In this document: piece by piece, positions 14,278 through 27,318 of the stretch
Layout of the letters: every line of letters begins with the position of its first letter
How positions within the stretch are numbered: the stretch's first letter is position 1
DNA from: Camelus ferus
Taxonomy: Eukaryota
Assembly: GCF_009834535.1 (NCBI RefSeq)
Contig: NC_045696.1
Span: 62,250,001-62,314,000 of the forward strand
Direction: 5' to 3'
Length of the DNA: 64,000 nt
The notes under the pieces: generated by a model
Told to the model about the DNA's origin: nothing
Database searches by the model: none
What the model saw: the letters and a program-made list of their open reading frames with translations, nothing else
Position numbers and translations under genes: made by a program

Positions 14278-14460
14278 TAGTGGTACTCCAAGTGTGTTCT
14301 CAGGACCAGGACCAGCAGCATCAGCATCACCTGGGAATGTGTTAGAAATGTGCATTCTTGAGCTCCACTGAATCAGAACCTCTGGGGGTGGTACCCAACA
14401 ATCTGTGCTTTAACAAGCCCTGCACATGATTCTGTGCATGTTTAAGTTCAAGAAACCATA
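14278..14460. mobile_element. MER5A-like hAT element, directly adjacent to the previous one
   Basis: 'accagcagcatcagcatcacctgggaatgtgttagaaatg...ctgaatcagaacctctgggggtgg...tttaacaagccct'. Confidence 0.8.
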
Positions 14461-14477
14461 CACAATCCTTATCTCAC

Positions 14478-15556
14478 CCAGGGGCTCATGGGCATATGAC
14501 CATGGTTTAATGTTCCTTATCACTGTCTTGAAATTCCTGACTTTATCTCTGAGCTTATGTTTTGCAAGTGAAATCTGATGAGGCACCAGAGCCCACGTGT
14601 GAACAGAGATGTCCACCACCATTCCTTGCCCCTCTGTTTGCATACAGTGTTCCCGAAGCCCGTGAGTGCAGAGCGCCAGTGGATCCATAACACACAGAGT
14701 TCAGCCAGACTCAGCCAGAGTGCAAGGAAGGCGTGCTACATCTACGACTGTGTGAGTGGGGTGATGACAGGTCTGAGAAGCCACCTTCTCCCTTGGAACC
14801 AGAACTTGCTTTGTAAGCAGAAGAAGGCAATTTAAGAAATACGGATGACCAAGGAACTCTGTCGTATCCTTTCTTACTCAAGTTACTTTCCTGTAGACAA
14901 TCACGCTAAAAATTATGGCATAGAAGAAAAGGGAAAGAGAGGACAATCCATGGTTCCTTTTTCTTTCCATCTGTTCTTTGTCGACAATAAGCCAAAGGTA
15001 AAAAGTGTTGGTAGAAACGTGTGAGTGTCAAATGGCTAAATAAAAACAGTTGAGTCTGTTTTTTGCACCATTTCCTCTGTTTTGGTAAGAGTAGAATAAA
15101 TACTAGAAAAATGTACAAACTGCAAAATGTGAATTGTGTAATTTTGGTGGTTCCACATACTAATTAAATGTTCTTATAGTGCATTTAAATGGGTATTACA
15201 CAATGTAAAGATGAAAGGTAAAATTCATGTTAATAATTTTTAAAACCTTTAAATAGAACATCAAATAACAAATAAAAAACATGACAAGGTCAAGAGAAAC
15301 TGCAGAAGAAAGGGAAAAGTTCTATATTTTACTACATTTGTTTTGAGGGAGGTGATCTGGTATTTATTTATCTTGATGGAGGTACTGGAGTTTGAGTCCA
15401 GTACCTTGTGCATGTTAGGCATGCATTCTATCACTCAGTTATACCCACCCCCCACCATTTTAGTACCTTTAACTGCACTTTTTTCCTGCTTTTTGAACAA
15501 AGGCCTCTACATTTTAATTTTCACAGGGTCACAGTAAATTATGCAGTAATCTCTGT
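14478..15556 (+). mobile_element. MER45B-like hAT-Tip100 DNA transposon, interrupted by a SINE
   Basis: 5' 'tggtttaatgttcc...tgtcttgaaattc' and 3' 'ttttgaacaaaggcctctacattttaattttcacagggtcacagtaaattatg' match MER45 ends; ~1 kb length. Confidence 0.7.
15337..15456 (-). mobile_element. Vic-1-type tRNA-Ala-derived SINE
   Basis: Antisense 'ggaggtactggagtttgagtccagtaccttgtgcatgttaggcatgcattctatcactcagttatacc'; TSD attttactac (15326) / attttagtac (15457). Confidence 0.85.
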
Positions 15557-15559
15557 CCT

Positions 15560-15690
15560 AGCTCTTCCAGTATTCAAACTGGAACACTTCTGAGAATGAC
15601 ATGGAAATATTATAACTATCGATAATTCCCCCTGGCCACAGGTACAAACTGGGCCTATCCTAAGCAACCTAGGACATATGGTTGTCCTCA
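15560..15690. mobile_element. MER94-like hAT-Blackjack fragment
   Basis: 'aaactgggcctatcctaagcaacctaggacatatggttgtcct' resembles the MER94 end. Confidence 0.45.
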
Positions 15691-15849
15691 ATTCGAAACT
15701 CCGTAAAGGTGAAGGAGAAAGCAACATCGGAGTAAAGGCATTCCACTTTCTTTCTGTCAATTGTAGGAAATTTTACAAAATTATATTTCCTGTAAAGGTT
15801 TTCTAAGCGTGCATTGTGTTAACTAGTAGGCTAACTCTAGATGCTTTAA

Positions 15850-16720
15850 CAGGTTATATGATGGGCTTGAAAATAGATCGTGCCTGCTTTTTCCCTGTTC
15901 TGCATGTAGTCAGAAGAATCTTCTTGGTTATTTATTACAGTTATTATAAAATATTTACTATATTCCCTGTGCTGTACATTACATCCTTACAACTTAAAAT
16001 TTATTTTATACCTAGTAGTTTGTACCTCAGTCTTCTTCACTTATATTGCCCTTCCCTACTCTCCTCTTCCCTCTGATAACCACTAGTTCTCTGAATCTGT
16101 GAGTCTATTTGTTTTGTTATATTTGTTTGTTTAGTGTCCCCAAACCTTGAAACCTCAACTTTTTGTGTACTTTTGCTTTCCTCTGACATTCTTAAAAGTC
16201 TCTGACGTTCTTCTGTACACAGCCTTGATTTCGTGCCCCTCCTCCCCTCTTTGCGGGTGTGCCCTCTAAAAATAGGAGCTCATCAGCAGAAACGCTGTTT
16301 TCTTTAGACGTCTTCTCTTTTTCTTCCTCATCAGGATCATTCACAATTTTAGGTTCTGAATTTTATTTTTAGAACCATCCTTTTTTTTAGCCATACTCCT
16401 TTTCAGAGGTTCTCACCATGAGATCATCTGTTTTGAACTTTTCGAAGTCTGCTTTTTTCAAGTCTGTAAGTCTGAAGATACACATCTGACTCATCCTGCT
16501 TAAATGGGATGGGCACTTTCCTCAAAACTCTCATGAGTTTCCCATCACTAACAGCTCTTTGCCGGCAGAATCAAGTGTGGACCGTCATTTTCCCTTGCTG
16601 TCACTTGGTCCTTTAAGGTGCCGAAATTTTCAATCAAGCCACTTAAGAATTTACTAAACACCTTGCTTTTCAAAAAGCAGGGGACTTACAGACTTCCACA
16701 AAAAGTCTATTTAAAAAGTC
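15850..16720 (-). mobile_element. L3/CR1 LINE ORF2 remnant, split by a younger L1 fragment
   Basis: Minus strand reads SKFLSGLIENF...LIL and DLKKADFEKFK in pieces, similar to the CR1 ORF2 stretch 'KFL..L.DNF...LDLILT...LDFRKADF'; similarity resumes left of 15930. Confidence 0.75.
15930..16132 (-). mobile_element. L1 3' UTR fragment
   Basis: 'tataaaatatttactatattccctgtgctgtac...ataaccactagttctctgaatctgtgagtct'. Confidence 0.85.
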
Positions 16721-16744
16721 AAAATTTGTCATTGTGTTTTGTCT

Positions 16745-17325
16745 CTGTGCTAGTTTTCAAAAAATGTCTGCAACAATATCTCCCATGCAATTTAATCTTC
16801 TTACAATGTGACTTTGATATTTCTCCCCTCAGTAGGTTGGATTTGTAGTCCCATCACTTAAACAGAACAGGCTTGTGTCTGTGGCAGAATGGATGCTATG
16901 TGACTTCCGAGGCTGGATCATAACGTGTGATCTATGTGGTTCTCACTAGGGATGCTCATTACTGGGATCCAACAGCCACACTGTGAGGAAGACCACACTA
17001 GATCATGTGGAGAAACCACATGGAGAAGTCACATGTAGGTGTTCTGGATGACAGCCCAGGTAAGGTTGCAGCCAAAAACCAGCAACAATGGCCAGACTTA
17101 TGAGTGGAGAAGCCTCCCAAATCAGATTATTAGAACCTCCAGTTATACCAGACTTCACATCTTCCCAAATGAGGTTCTAGAGATTGTGGAGTAAAGACAA
17201 GCCATCTCTGCTTTGTCCTGTCTGAATTCCTGACTCACAGAAACTAAGAGAGAGAATGTGATGATGGTTTTTTAAGCCACTGAGTCTTGGGAGATGATTT
17301 ATAATGCAGCAATAGCAAACTCACA
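16745..17325 (+). mobile_element. MaLR solo LTR (MLT1 E-H type)
   Basis: 'gatgctatgtgacttccgaggctggatcataa' and end 'ttttaagccactgagtcttggg...gcagcaatagcaaactcaca'. Confidence 0.8.
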
Positions 17326-17719
17326 CAATAATTAAAAACACATTAACTAAGGAGCAAAAATTAAGACTAAGTAAGAATGCATTATCTATACCCTTCTGAC
17401 TGATCAATCCTTGGTTTACTGCCATTCCAAAAAGCTATCCCTGTAATTTAAGTCCAGTTCCAGCAGGTGGAAGTGAAGTTATGATTGTACTAGTCCCCAG
17501 TCACTGGGCAAAGATTGCACTCCTTTTTCTAAACCATACTTTTGTATGACATTTAATCTTGGTTATTAAAGCAGTTAGATCATCCCTGCTTGGTATACTA
17601 TGTGAATTTAATAAAGAGCAAAATTAAAGCATTTCTCACATCTCTAGCTGATTAACATAACACATCATTCTATCTAATTTCAGACCCCCTGCTGGAAAAT
17701 GTTCCCTCCTATTTTAATT

Positions 17720-18460
17720 TATTGAGTCAGAGATCATTTGGTTGCAATGAACAGAACCTATTTAAACTGGCTTAAACAAAAAAGAAAATTGACTAGAAAT
17801 AGAGGGATCTGGTGGAACCCAAAGGCAGGAAGTGAGGCCGGGCTTCACAAGGATTGATGCCAGAAATGGCAAAACTGATGGGACCAAGGCTGCTTGTCTC
17901 TTCAAATCTCTTTCTCTTTAGAGCTCCGTTGTCTCTTTTATCTAACTCTTTAGGGGCACATGCCTCATCTCTCTCTCCGTCACTTCCTTCCTTTCTCCAG
18001 ACAGCAGTTTGACATATGGTTAAGGGCAATCTTTGAAATCAAAATGCCTGGATTCAAATACTAGTTCCACCATTTAGTTGCTCATAACTTTGGGCAAGTT
18101 CCTTAAGCCTCTATTCTTAGTTTCCTCATTTATAAAGAGGGGAATGAAGATAATAATGGTACTTACCTCACAGGATTGTTGTGAGATGAAGTGAATCAAT
18201 ATACATAAATGTTTTGAACAAGGCCTGGCACTTTGCAAGGGTCTGCTTTCATTATTATCTCTCCCTGCTCACTTAACCACATCTGAACATGGGTGCCCCA
18301 ATCCCAGCTTCATATCCAATTTATAGTTCAAGTGTCTGGCAGAAACCTGCTAGGTTTCTAAGACCCAGTTCCACATCCCCAGGAGAGAGTATCTGATTGG
18401 TCCTGCTGGGGTCACATGTCTTCTCATGGTCAAATCAGCTATGGCAGAAGATTAGAGTGG
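17720..18460 (-). mobile_element. Old MaLR LTR (MLT1 J-L type) interrupted by a MIR
   Basis: Start 'ttggttgcaatgaacagaacc...aaactggcttaaacaaaaaag'; resumes with 'ggagagagtatctgattggtcc...ggtcaaatcagctatgg'. Confidence 0.65.
18005..18257 (+). mobile_element. Near full-length MIR SINE
   Basis: 'ggttaagggca...cctggattcaaatactagttccacc...ttgggcaagttccttaagcctct...tacctcacaggattgttgtgag'. Confidence 0.85.
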
Positions 18461-19999
18461 GTGGTGAGAGGTCTTAGCAGGGACAGGTAAAGTAGATTCT
18501 CTGAGATGGGGATATGGGTCGGTTCTCAAGAGAGCGCTTGCACATCTGTACTCTCATATGTGCAACCTCCTCCATTTCCAATATGGCAGCTCTGGTACTT
18601 TGAGCCTCAGCTTTAGCTCTCTGCTCAGTAGGGGCTGTTCCTGTTACTGACTGATCCAAATGGCATTAAGAAGGTGTCTTCCTCCAGCCAACATGCACTC
18701 CCCTCTCTCCCACATAACTAGCTCTCTTCCTTCTGCTTGGCACTGAGGGCTCTAGTCCTCTGAGATGCCAAAATGCAAGTGTCTCTTCATACTAGACGAA
18801 GGCTTTTACAAATCCTCACCTGGATTTCCTCCTCCGAAGCCATAGTGAATTTTCCCTCTTTCAGAGAAAACAAAAAGGATGAGTCAGATCCCTCTCATCT
18901 AATATTGTGAGTTTAAGCTATTAAGCATGTGGTAGCTATTTGCTTGTTGAAGCTCTCGCTGGTAATGGAAACTTAGAGAAATAATACTTAAAATTATTGA
19001 TTTCCTCATAGAAAAAAAAGAAAATTAAACAAAATGTTGAACAGAAAGCTAATTGGTTTATCAAAAAGATAATGAGATTTAAGGAATGCTCAAGTCTCCT
19101 TTCATTTCTGTGCATCACTCTAATCTCCATTGGACTTGGTCATTTGGGGTAAAATGCTCTGCAACTGCATATTTCAAAAATCTTAACCTAATCTTCAGAA
19201 ATACTTGAATGTCATGGACAAATCGATAGTGCTTTAAATCATGGAGCAGAGCTGATTAGTGGTCCTCCCTGGGAGAGAGATGACCGCATCTGCCCACTCA
19301 GTGCCAGGCTAGCGTCCAAACTGGCATGAGCCGACCTGGGCTTGCTCTTCTCTTATTGGTGAGTCTTTCTGTAAAGTCTCAGAAACCTTACAATGGCTGA
19401 TATTCTTATTGTTTTAGAGTGTTACCACTAGACTTTCTTTCTTAGTGTCTGAGCTTGTGCATTCTTAAGAGGATCCTTTCAGAGAAAACAAGAGGTTTTT
19501 GGGTGGAAATGACCCATGACTGATCATTAGCTCTGCGAAATGACCAGCTTGAAAGGAGGTATCATGTTCCCATCAACTATAAATGAGAAGATTGCTCACA
19601 ACTTATGGTCCATATTCCCAGTGCCCATATTTCCTCTCCTCTGAGTCATCCTGTAATGAATTGATTGCTTCTCCCATTTTTTTCTTCATAGAAATTGCTC
19701 TCTATGCAAGATTGTCAGACTTACTTACCAAATAAGTTTGAGCCAAAAAAGCAACCTCTTTCACTCTATCCACTTCAACTAGAAGTAGACAGAATTAACT
19801 TAATCCAATTTAACAAAGCTTAGAAGAAAATGAGTGTGACCTGTTATTAAATTATTGCTTTATTTAATAAACTGTAGCTGTCATAAATAATACATATAAA
19901 TTCTCCAGAGCATGTGAAGACAATTAACACAATTTACTCCAGTAATAATTATAGCATCATTTATGTTCAATTCAGATGCCCACAAGAAGTATTATACTT

Positions 20000-20284
20000 T
20001 ATGCTGAACTTCCCTGGTTTGCTCTTCCAAAGAGGTCACCCCACTTCTTTTTAGCCTGTCACTCTAATTTAATATTTTTTAATATTTTGTGTAGCACTTA
20101 TTAGTCCCTGATATTTTTATACTTCTTGTTTATAGTTTTTTTTTTACTTATTTATTATTTACATTCTCTATGACTGTTAGGAAGAGTAGAGCCCTTTCCT
20201 GCATCTGTCTCACCACTGTATTCTCAATGTCTAGGATGAAGTCTAGAATATAGAGGCACCCAAAAAATACTTGTTGCATTAATG
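20000..20284 (+). mobile_element. L2 3' end
   Basis: 'ctcaccactgtattctcaatgtctagga...aaatacttgttgcattaatg'. Confidence 0.65.
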
Positions 20285-23200
20285 TGCCCCCAAGGGCCCA
20301 GGACCTCCAAGCCTCATTATCAGCTCCTAAAGAGTGTATCATCTCCCTTCCTGGCTCCTGCTTGTTGTGGAACCCTGTTGGCTCTCCATAATCCACGTCT
20401 CGGGTGCTCTGGCTATAGTTGTAGCTATAGTTATTGCTGCTGCTGGCAATGATAAGGGTGGCTAGGTGACCAGTTTGCTGGGGAAAAGGAGAGGTAACCT
20501 CTGGAGACATTCCACAGGCTAGCTCCATTTTCAAAAGGCATTTTTTTCCTTTGGGCAAACTCTGAAAGATTCAAGTTGGGCTATAAACTTAGTCTCTCAG
20601 TAGGCACTGGTCAGGTACCTAGAGTACAAATCCATGCAGAAGCCCATAGGTGCACTGAACTCCAGGAAGCACCTGGAAACCAGGCCTAATGTGTGCTGAG
20701 TAATAGGAACTGTAATCCCAGTAGCAGAGGGTACAAAATGGAACCAGATCCTCCTCACAAACTTCCATATTCCTGATCTTGAGCTCTCAGTCACCCAAGA
20801 CATCAACTCCCTCTCCACTTGCACCACCTCCAAAGCGCCCCTAGTCCTCCGTGAATCCCTCTTGCTTCCCGCATTGGCATCGGCATAGTGGCACCGCACC
20901 TCTCAAGGGCTTCCTGCTTGTTTCCGGTCAGTTACGTATTTACATTGAGTCACCTTGGAGTCAGAGACTACATCTTGTCATTTGTCTCCCCCTCCCCTAG
21001 CATGATGACTTTCACAGAGTAGGGATTTTAAAAATGTATTATCTACCTCCCCTTTATATCTTCCTAAGCAACAATGCTAATCTAGACAAAATCTAGGGCT
21101 TATACAAGGATATAAAATGTACTGGAGAAATTTAGGGGATGGTAAAAATGCATCATTGTCCTTAGTTCCTGATTGTCTGGCAGCTCCCATATCAAAGGCC
21201 AAGCCTGAGGGCCACAAACTCATAATTCCTTCCACAGTGTAGAGTAGAGAGCTACTTCTGCATGATGGCCAGGTTATGAGGGCAGCCCTGTGGAAGATGG
21301 AGATTCTAATACATGTTGAAGAGGTGGCCATCCTCCACTTCCCACTCAGTGGGTGCTGGGAGAAGAATAAGAGATAAGAACTGAAGAAGGAAATAATAAG
21401 GTCAGAAGTACAGCTTACCTCTCCCCCCAAGTTTGAAATCTGAGAAGGAGGGGATGCTAAGTAGCTTTTGAGGAAAGCCAAAAGCAAAGATTTTTCACGA
21501 GCCTTCCTATTCCATGGTGGCCCCTGTGAGAGAATCAGCTTGCAGCGTCCTATTACTAACAGGAGGAGGCCACATTAAGAGCTAAAAATGACCGCTTCAA
21601 AAAATGGCCAGCTTCAGTGCCTGCAGGCCTCACTCCAGGCTTATGTGCCATGAAAGGGCCCGTAAGTCCCCATATGCCCCTTGGTAGCTGAGGTACAGCA
21701 AGTGGGCCTAACAGGGGGCTCCGTGGTGACGGACAGAGTTAGTCCTTCTCAGAGGCCTTGGGGCAGATGGGGGAAGTGGCTGAGACACAGAGGGTGTCTC
21801 AGAAGTGGAGATCCTCCACCCCCTGCTCCAGTGGGCACTGAGAGAAGGAAAAGAGATACCCCAGTAGCCAGCAAGGTACCCCAGGCCCCGACTGACCACA
21901 ACATCCCCTGTGGAAACTGGTCAGACATCTGGCTGTCAGTGGGAGCCCACAGGGCCCAGAGGCCAGCACGTGATAAGCAAGTGTTCCAAGGCCATTGCCA
22001 CCATCTTGGGGTGGACAGGCGGATGGGAAAGAAAGCAGAACTTCTAAGCATTTACCCCAGTGAGCCTCTCAGAACTGGAAAAGACTGAGCTACTGTTAAT
22101 TGGCAAGTTACCATTCTCTCCTCACTCCTGAGTAGTTGTGCATAGACCTGAGGCTGTACTGCACATATTTATCAAGTATTTGCTCTCTTTATCTGAAGCT
22201 TTACAATAGTATGGTCTAGTGTTATGACTGCCAGTGACATCAAAAAATTTCTGTGTCTTTAGAACACTTTTAAAAATTGATATCTATAGAGAATGGATAT
22301 AGTTCCAACACCAAGTTTGAAAGAGCACTTAAATGGGTATCCTATTAAGAACAAAAGACATCTTTCTGCTTGGCTTGTACAAAGCTGCAGTAGGGTCCCC
22401 CTGTGTACTAAGATGAGTCCCTTCTGGCCTGTCTTCCAGCCTCCCACCCTCCCCTGTGAATTGCAGTGAAATTCAGGGGAAAGGAAGGCAAGGGGGAAAT
22501 GCCGACAGAAGGGCAAGTTGATAAAAATTGCCTATTTATCACTGCACAATCTCTGCCCTTTTTTATCCGATTGATTTTCATTCTCTGCTGTGTATGCCGC
22601 TGTGTCTAGGAGAAAGAGTGTACTCGTAAGCAACCTTGCAGTTGAGTGATGATAGCTTAGGTAAATTAGAGCTTCAGTCAAACTCTCCCCAACCCCAATC
22701 TGTCCTCTGATCCCCACTCTTCAGGAAGAAGAGCTGTGTGTGGTAGAAAGGGGTGGGACCCGTCTGTGGGTCTCCATCCGTTACCATTTGTGTGTCCCCT
22801 CTGACTGTGAGCTCTGGAAGCCAGGTCTCTGCAGTGTATCCATCTCAGTGTACTTGACTATTTTCCTCAGTGTCGGATGAGTGAGTGATGCATGAAAGAA
22901 TGCATGAATAATCTGAAGCAGAGATAGTGGCCCAACTTTCTCAGAAGACAGTAAATCCCTGTGGGCTTGACGTGACTGGGGTAAGGTCAAGAAGCATGTC
23001 AGTCCGCTGTGGGGGAGATCTGTTAGTCCTTGTCTTCTCCTTGCCTAAGAAACAGGTCTGGGGAAGCCACAGAGAACCTTAGGGTAGCCTGAGATGCTGG
23101 CATGACAATGAGAGCTCTAGGGTATCCCAGGTTACTCCTGACCAAGAGGAGCCTCAAGAACCTGTAGTGATTCTACAGCAAAGATTCTAGAGCCTTCAAA

Positions 23201-24484
23201 GCACACTTGGCTCCCACTTATGTGACAAGAACCCCTGGGGGAATTGTGGGATCGCAGGGAGGGTTGGGGAAAAAAGGGAAAGACCCCTCATGCCTGAAAC
23301 TGTCATTTCAATGAGGGAGATTAGAGGGGGATGGGAATTCCTCGAGAAAAGCAATATAAGAATGAGCAAGGGGAAAGAGGTGAGAAATGGAGAGAGTCCT
23401 CAGAAAGGACTGGGGGCTAGAGAGGGCCCCAGGAGGGACTGATGGAGAATCTGAGTCACAAGGGATGTGGTCATAGCTGTTGGAAGGTTGGGAGTCATTG
23501 CTGATGTGGGGAGGGAGAAGGCAGAAGGAGCTACATCTTGGAAATGCCAAGAGATACTGAAGCCTTTTTAAAATAAGAAATATCAAGAGCCAGAAAGCCT
23601 CAACTCTCCAATACCCTCTTTTTTTCAACAAGAACACTGAGGCCTTGAGAGGTCAAGCCAGCATCAAGGCTACAGAAGCCAACAGCTCAGGGATATGCAG
23701 GCAGGGCTGGGGTCAAGTATCCCTGTACAGTGCCCCTTGAGTCCCATGCAGAACCTCGGGACCCCCAAGAAGAGGCAGTTTGACTGAGGAAGTAGCCAGC
23801 GTAAAGAAGGACAAAAAGGATTTTTAAAAAGTCAGGAAATCTATGAAACTTTGCCAAATACTAGTAGATACCCTTCAGTGAACAGTATTTAATCCTGTTA
23901 AAGCTTTGGAAGGAACTGGCAAATCACTGAGCCCTTCTTGACTAGAAAGGAATTATTGATGAAAAGAACTGGATTGAGGCCAATGCCCTTCCCTAGATGA
24001 GCCCAGAGCAGCCGTGAAAATCAAATGTAGCTCTTCTGAGATGCCAGCAAGACTCCCTGTGCCTCCCCCCAAACCCTACTCCCCGCAAAAGAAATCAAAC
24101 TCTCCTCAACATAACCTCAAGGGCAGAATAAATGCATTTCTAATGAAGGATACATTTATTATAGGTTTAGACTCTACTGTTTCTGCGTTTTCTTTAATTA
24201 GTCAACCAATTGAAGGAAGAACTAGGTCTGATACGAAAACTCACGTAAGAGGCTCCTTCTGTCTAGGACCACAGATCTAGCGCCCCCTCCCCAAGGGCCC
24301 TATGAAAGAAAGGTCACAAATATCAAAGCTCATTTCTCTGCCACCTGGGTGTTACTGGAGTCTTCATGACTCAAGAAGGACCCAGGGAGAGAGCTCTTTA
24401 TGAACTTTTGGACCCAGTGATTAAAGATGGCCCTGACAAATCTGAGAGTAGGTAAGTAGTGTTAGGAGAGGGAGAAAGTGCCGT

Positions 24485-24740
24485 CAGAGGACGCTTATTG
24501 CAGTGTTGTTATCTGCGGCAAGGAAGCTGAAGGTCATCCACAGTCCACTGTGGGGACAGGCGGGGGAATTCAGCTTGAAGTGCACAGAGCAACACACTTG
24601 GATCTTAAAGGCACAGTGCGGGGGGTGGCGGGGTGAAGAAGGGAGGAAAGGAATGTGCATGTGACACAGCACCATTTATATAAAATAAAAGCACATCACA
24701 GGAAATATACAAAGAGATATAGATTACATCCATGGTTGCC
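24485..24740 (+). mobile_element. Old L1M 3' fragment
   Basis: 'gacgcttattgcagtgttgttat...accatttatataaaataaaa'. Confidence 0.45.
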
Positions 24741-25299
24741 TACAGGGAAGGAGAATCGGGGTGGATGCATGGAGGAAAAAGGGAATGAATCACTAACACA
24801 GGAGCAAGGCCTTGCACAGACCAAAGCGGGGCAGTGTGCCTTGAGGTCCATGGGAGTGCGGGCCACAGCCAAGGGCCCTCCTTAGGAAGATTAAAGTCTT
24901 TCCTTGTGAGCCTCAAGAAAAATTCCAAATAAACTAGTGCTCTAGGTTCTGTTCCTGTTCTCTGAAGACACCCTAATCCTTCAGAAAGGAAACCTGCTGT
25001 GCCTGGTGAGTGACCTCATGGAAGGTGAAAAGCCAGTGGGCTGGGAGAAGAGGGGCCTCTTCCACTCAGTTGCCTCCTGGATGCTACAGCCTATCTAGGG
25101 GACTTTGACTCAGGATTCCAGGTGTCTTTGGGGGTACAGAAGTGTGGCCCACAAGGAGCTAGCAGCAGTAGAAAGAAGTACTACTATCCACCAGGAAGGA
25201 ACATGTTCATGACACTGATGGAACCTTCTGATTAGCTCTGAAACAAATATTATACTCAGAGAAGGAAGTGGCCCCTAGCAAACTCTTGAGGTGCATATA

Positions 25300-25450
25300 A
25301 TTATCAATCTGCAGATAAGTAAACTGAGGCTTGTAAAGTTTAGGCAGTTTGCTTCAGGTCATGCAGCTAATAAGTGATAGAGGCAGGATTTAAATCTTGG
25401 TGTGTGTGACACAAAGCCTGAGTTCTTAACCTCCATGTTCTAATGCCTCC
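25300..25450 (-). mobile_element. MIR SINE
   Basis: 'cagataagtaaactgaggct...aggtcatgcagctaataagtgatagaggcaggatttaaa'. Confidence 0.8.
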
Positions 25451-25480
25451 AGCCTAAGTCTTTGTGCCACATGCTTGTAA

Positions 25481-25495
25481 ACGTGCGCGAGCGCG

Positions 25496-25542
<47 letters not shown>
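25481..25542. repeat. CG-rich lead-in plus (CA)n microsatellite
   Basis: 'acgtgcgcgagcgcgcacgc' followed by about 21 AC units. Confidence 0.97.
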
Positions 25543-25544
<2 letters not shown>

Positions 25545-27132
25545 ACATAGGCATGTTACCAAAGTTACATGTTATGAAACAAATTCATATTCCGGTTGCT
25601 TCTTTCAACCTGACCTCTCAAGGGCACCACGGAAAGGTATTTCTCAGGGGCAGACACAAGGGCAGTTGGTATGGACGCAGAGTTCCTTGTGTAAAACCAA
25701 CAAGAATGGCAAGGAGAAGACAGGGGTGGGGAGTGGAGTGGATGGGAGAAAATGGGGAGGTTTCCCAGTGTGTAATGTGGCTTCAGAAATACTCGTGGAA
25801 GACAGATCAGAGAAATGCTTTGCAGCAGACATGTCCTTGTGTGTAATTCCATCAGAGGCCAAGAGAAGAGACGAAAAGAATGACTGTCATCCATGCACTA
25901 ACTTACCTGAAGCACCTCTGACAGCAGATGATGGTGAGAGAAGAGGGGGTAGAACTTCAGGGTCTGAAGGGATATTTAGAGATCATCACAGCTAACTCCT
26001 TAGTGGGTGGTGGAGAGGACAGGGACCTGCGCCAGGCCATGCAAGAACAAGAGCAAGAATCTAGGCCTCTGGCTCTCCGGCCAGTGTTCGCCCACCTGTG
26101 CCACAGTGCTGCCCTCCTCAGATCAGCCTGGAGGGGTGACTGGCTCCGGTCCACCCACAGACCCTGCTCCTTCTTGCCAGCATTCTCACTCTCTCTGGGA
26201 GACGATAGACTCTCAAGAGAAGGGTGAGAGGCAGTGAAGTCAGGAGATGTCTCTTGGATTGGAGGACAAATGCTCAGGGGTGAAGTTCTGGACAGATGAG
26301 CACTTTGGCCATGGCTGACCTCCCTCCATGCACCTTCTTTTCCAGCCTCTTCTTCAGGCCCCCCTCCCCAACCCTTCTAAGCCTGCCCACTCTTTCTTTC
26401 TAAGCTGAGGATGGGGGCCATGACCTTAATTTTTGAAAATTCTGGTCAATTTATTTTTCAAAGAAAGACTCGGGCCCTGATACAACCATGCAGGGGGTTG
26501 GGGGTCAGGGGGCTCCCTCAGCAGAAGAATCAGAATCTGTCACAACAGATTTTCTTTCTTTCCACCAAAGCAAGAGACACTCCCAGAACACAAAAGACAC
26601 TGAGAATCCTGTCTCCTTGGGGGATTTAATTATTGCCATTAGTTGTCCTCCTCTTCAGCAGTGGCATCTTTGCCTCACTGCTTCCGGAGAAGAGGGACAC
26701 AGAATTTCAATTCTTCCCCAGGCCGGGTGGGAGACATCCCCTGACAGGCACCCAGTGGGAGGTTAGAGAAGTGGCCACCTACACAGTTTCTCAGAGGCTC
26801 TGAGTCCCCAGACACAGCTACCATTCATTGGCTGATCCCTGAAGTCTACCATCAGAGTTTTATTTGTTTAGCTTCGGCATTTATTTGACAGTCAAAATTC
26901 AAATATTCCTGGAAGGAGTGATAGTTATGACCAGCCATTTGCAAGTTAGTATAATTTTTTTTTAGAACTCACCCCAAAGGCATGTTTTAGAATGAGAGAG
27001 AAAATCAGATTGCCGAGAAAGGGAAGAAAGTGGAGGAAGAGAAGGGTCTGCATATTAGAGGGAAGGAAAGGGCCCAAGAGGAGGCTAGGGTGTAGAGGAC
27101 AGACCCAACCTGCCCTCACCAGCTGGCTTAGA

Positions 27133-27318
27133 GCCCTGGATCTCAGTGTGAGTTAAGCAGCGGCAGCACCAGAGTCACCAGGATTCTGTCAGATGTGCAG
27201 ATTCTGGGGCTACATCCCAGACCTACTGAATCAGAAAGTCTGGGAGTGGGGCCCAGAAATCTGTTTTAACAAGCCCACAAGGGACTTTGATTCTTCGTGA
27301 AGGTGGAGAACCACTGGC
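27133..27318. mobile_element. MER5A-like hAT element
   Basis: 'cccagacctactgaatcagaaagtctgggagtggggcccagaaatctgttttaacaagccc...gagaaccactgg'. Confidence 0.85.
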
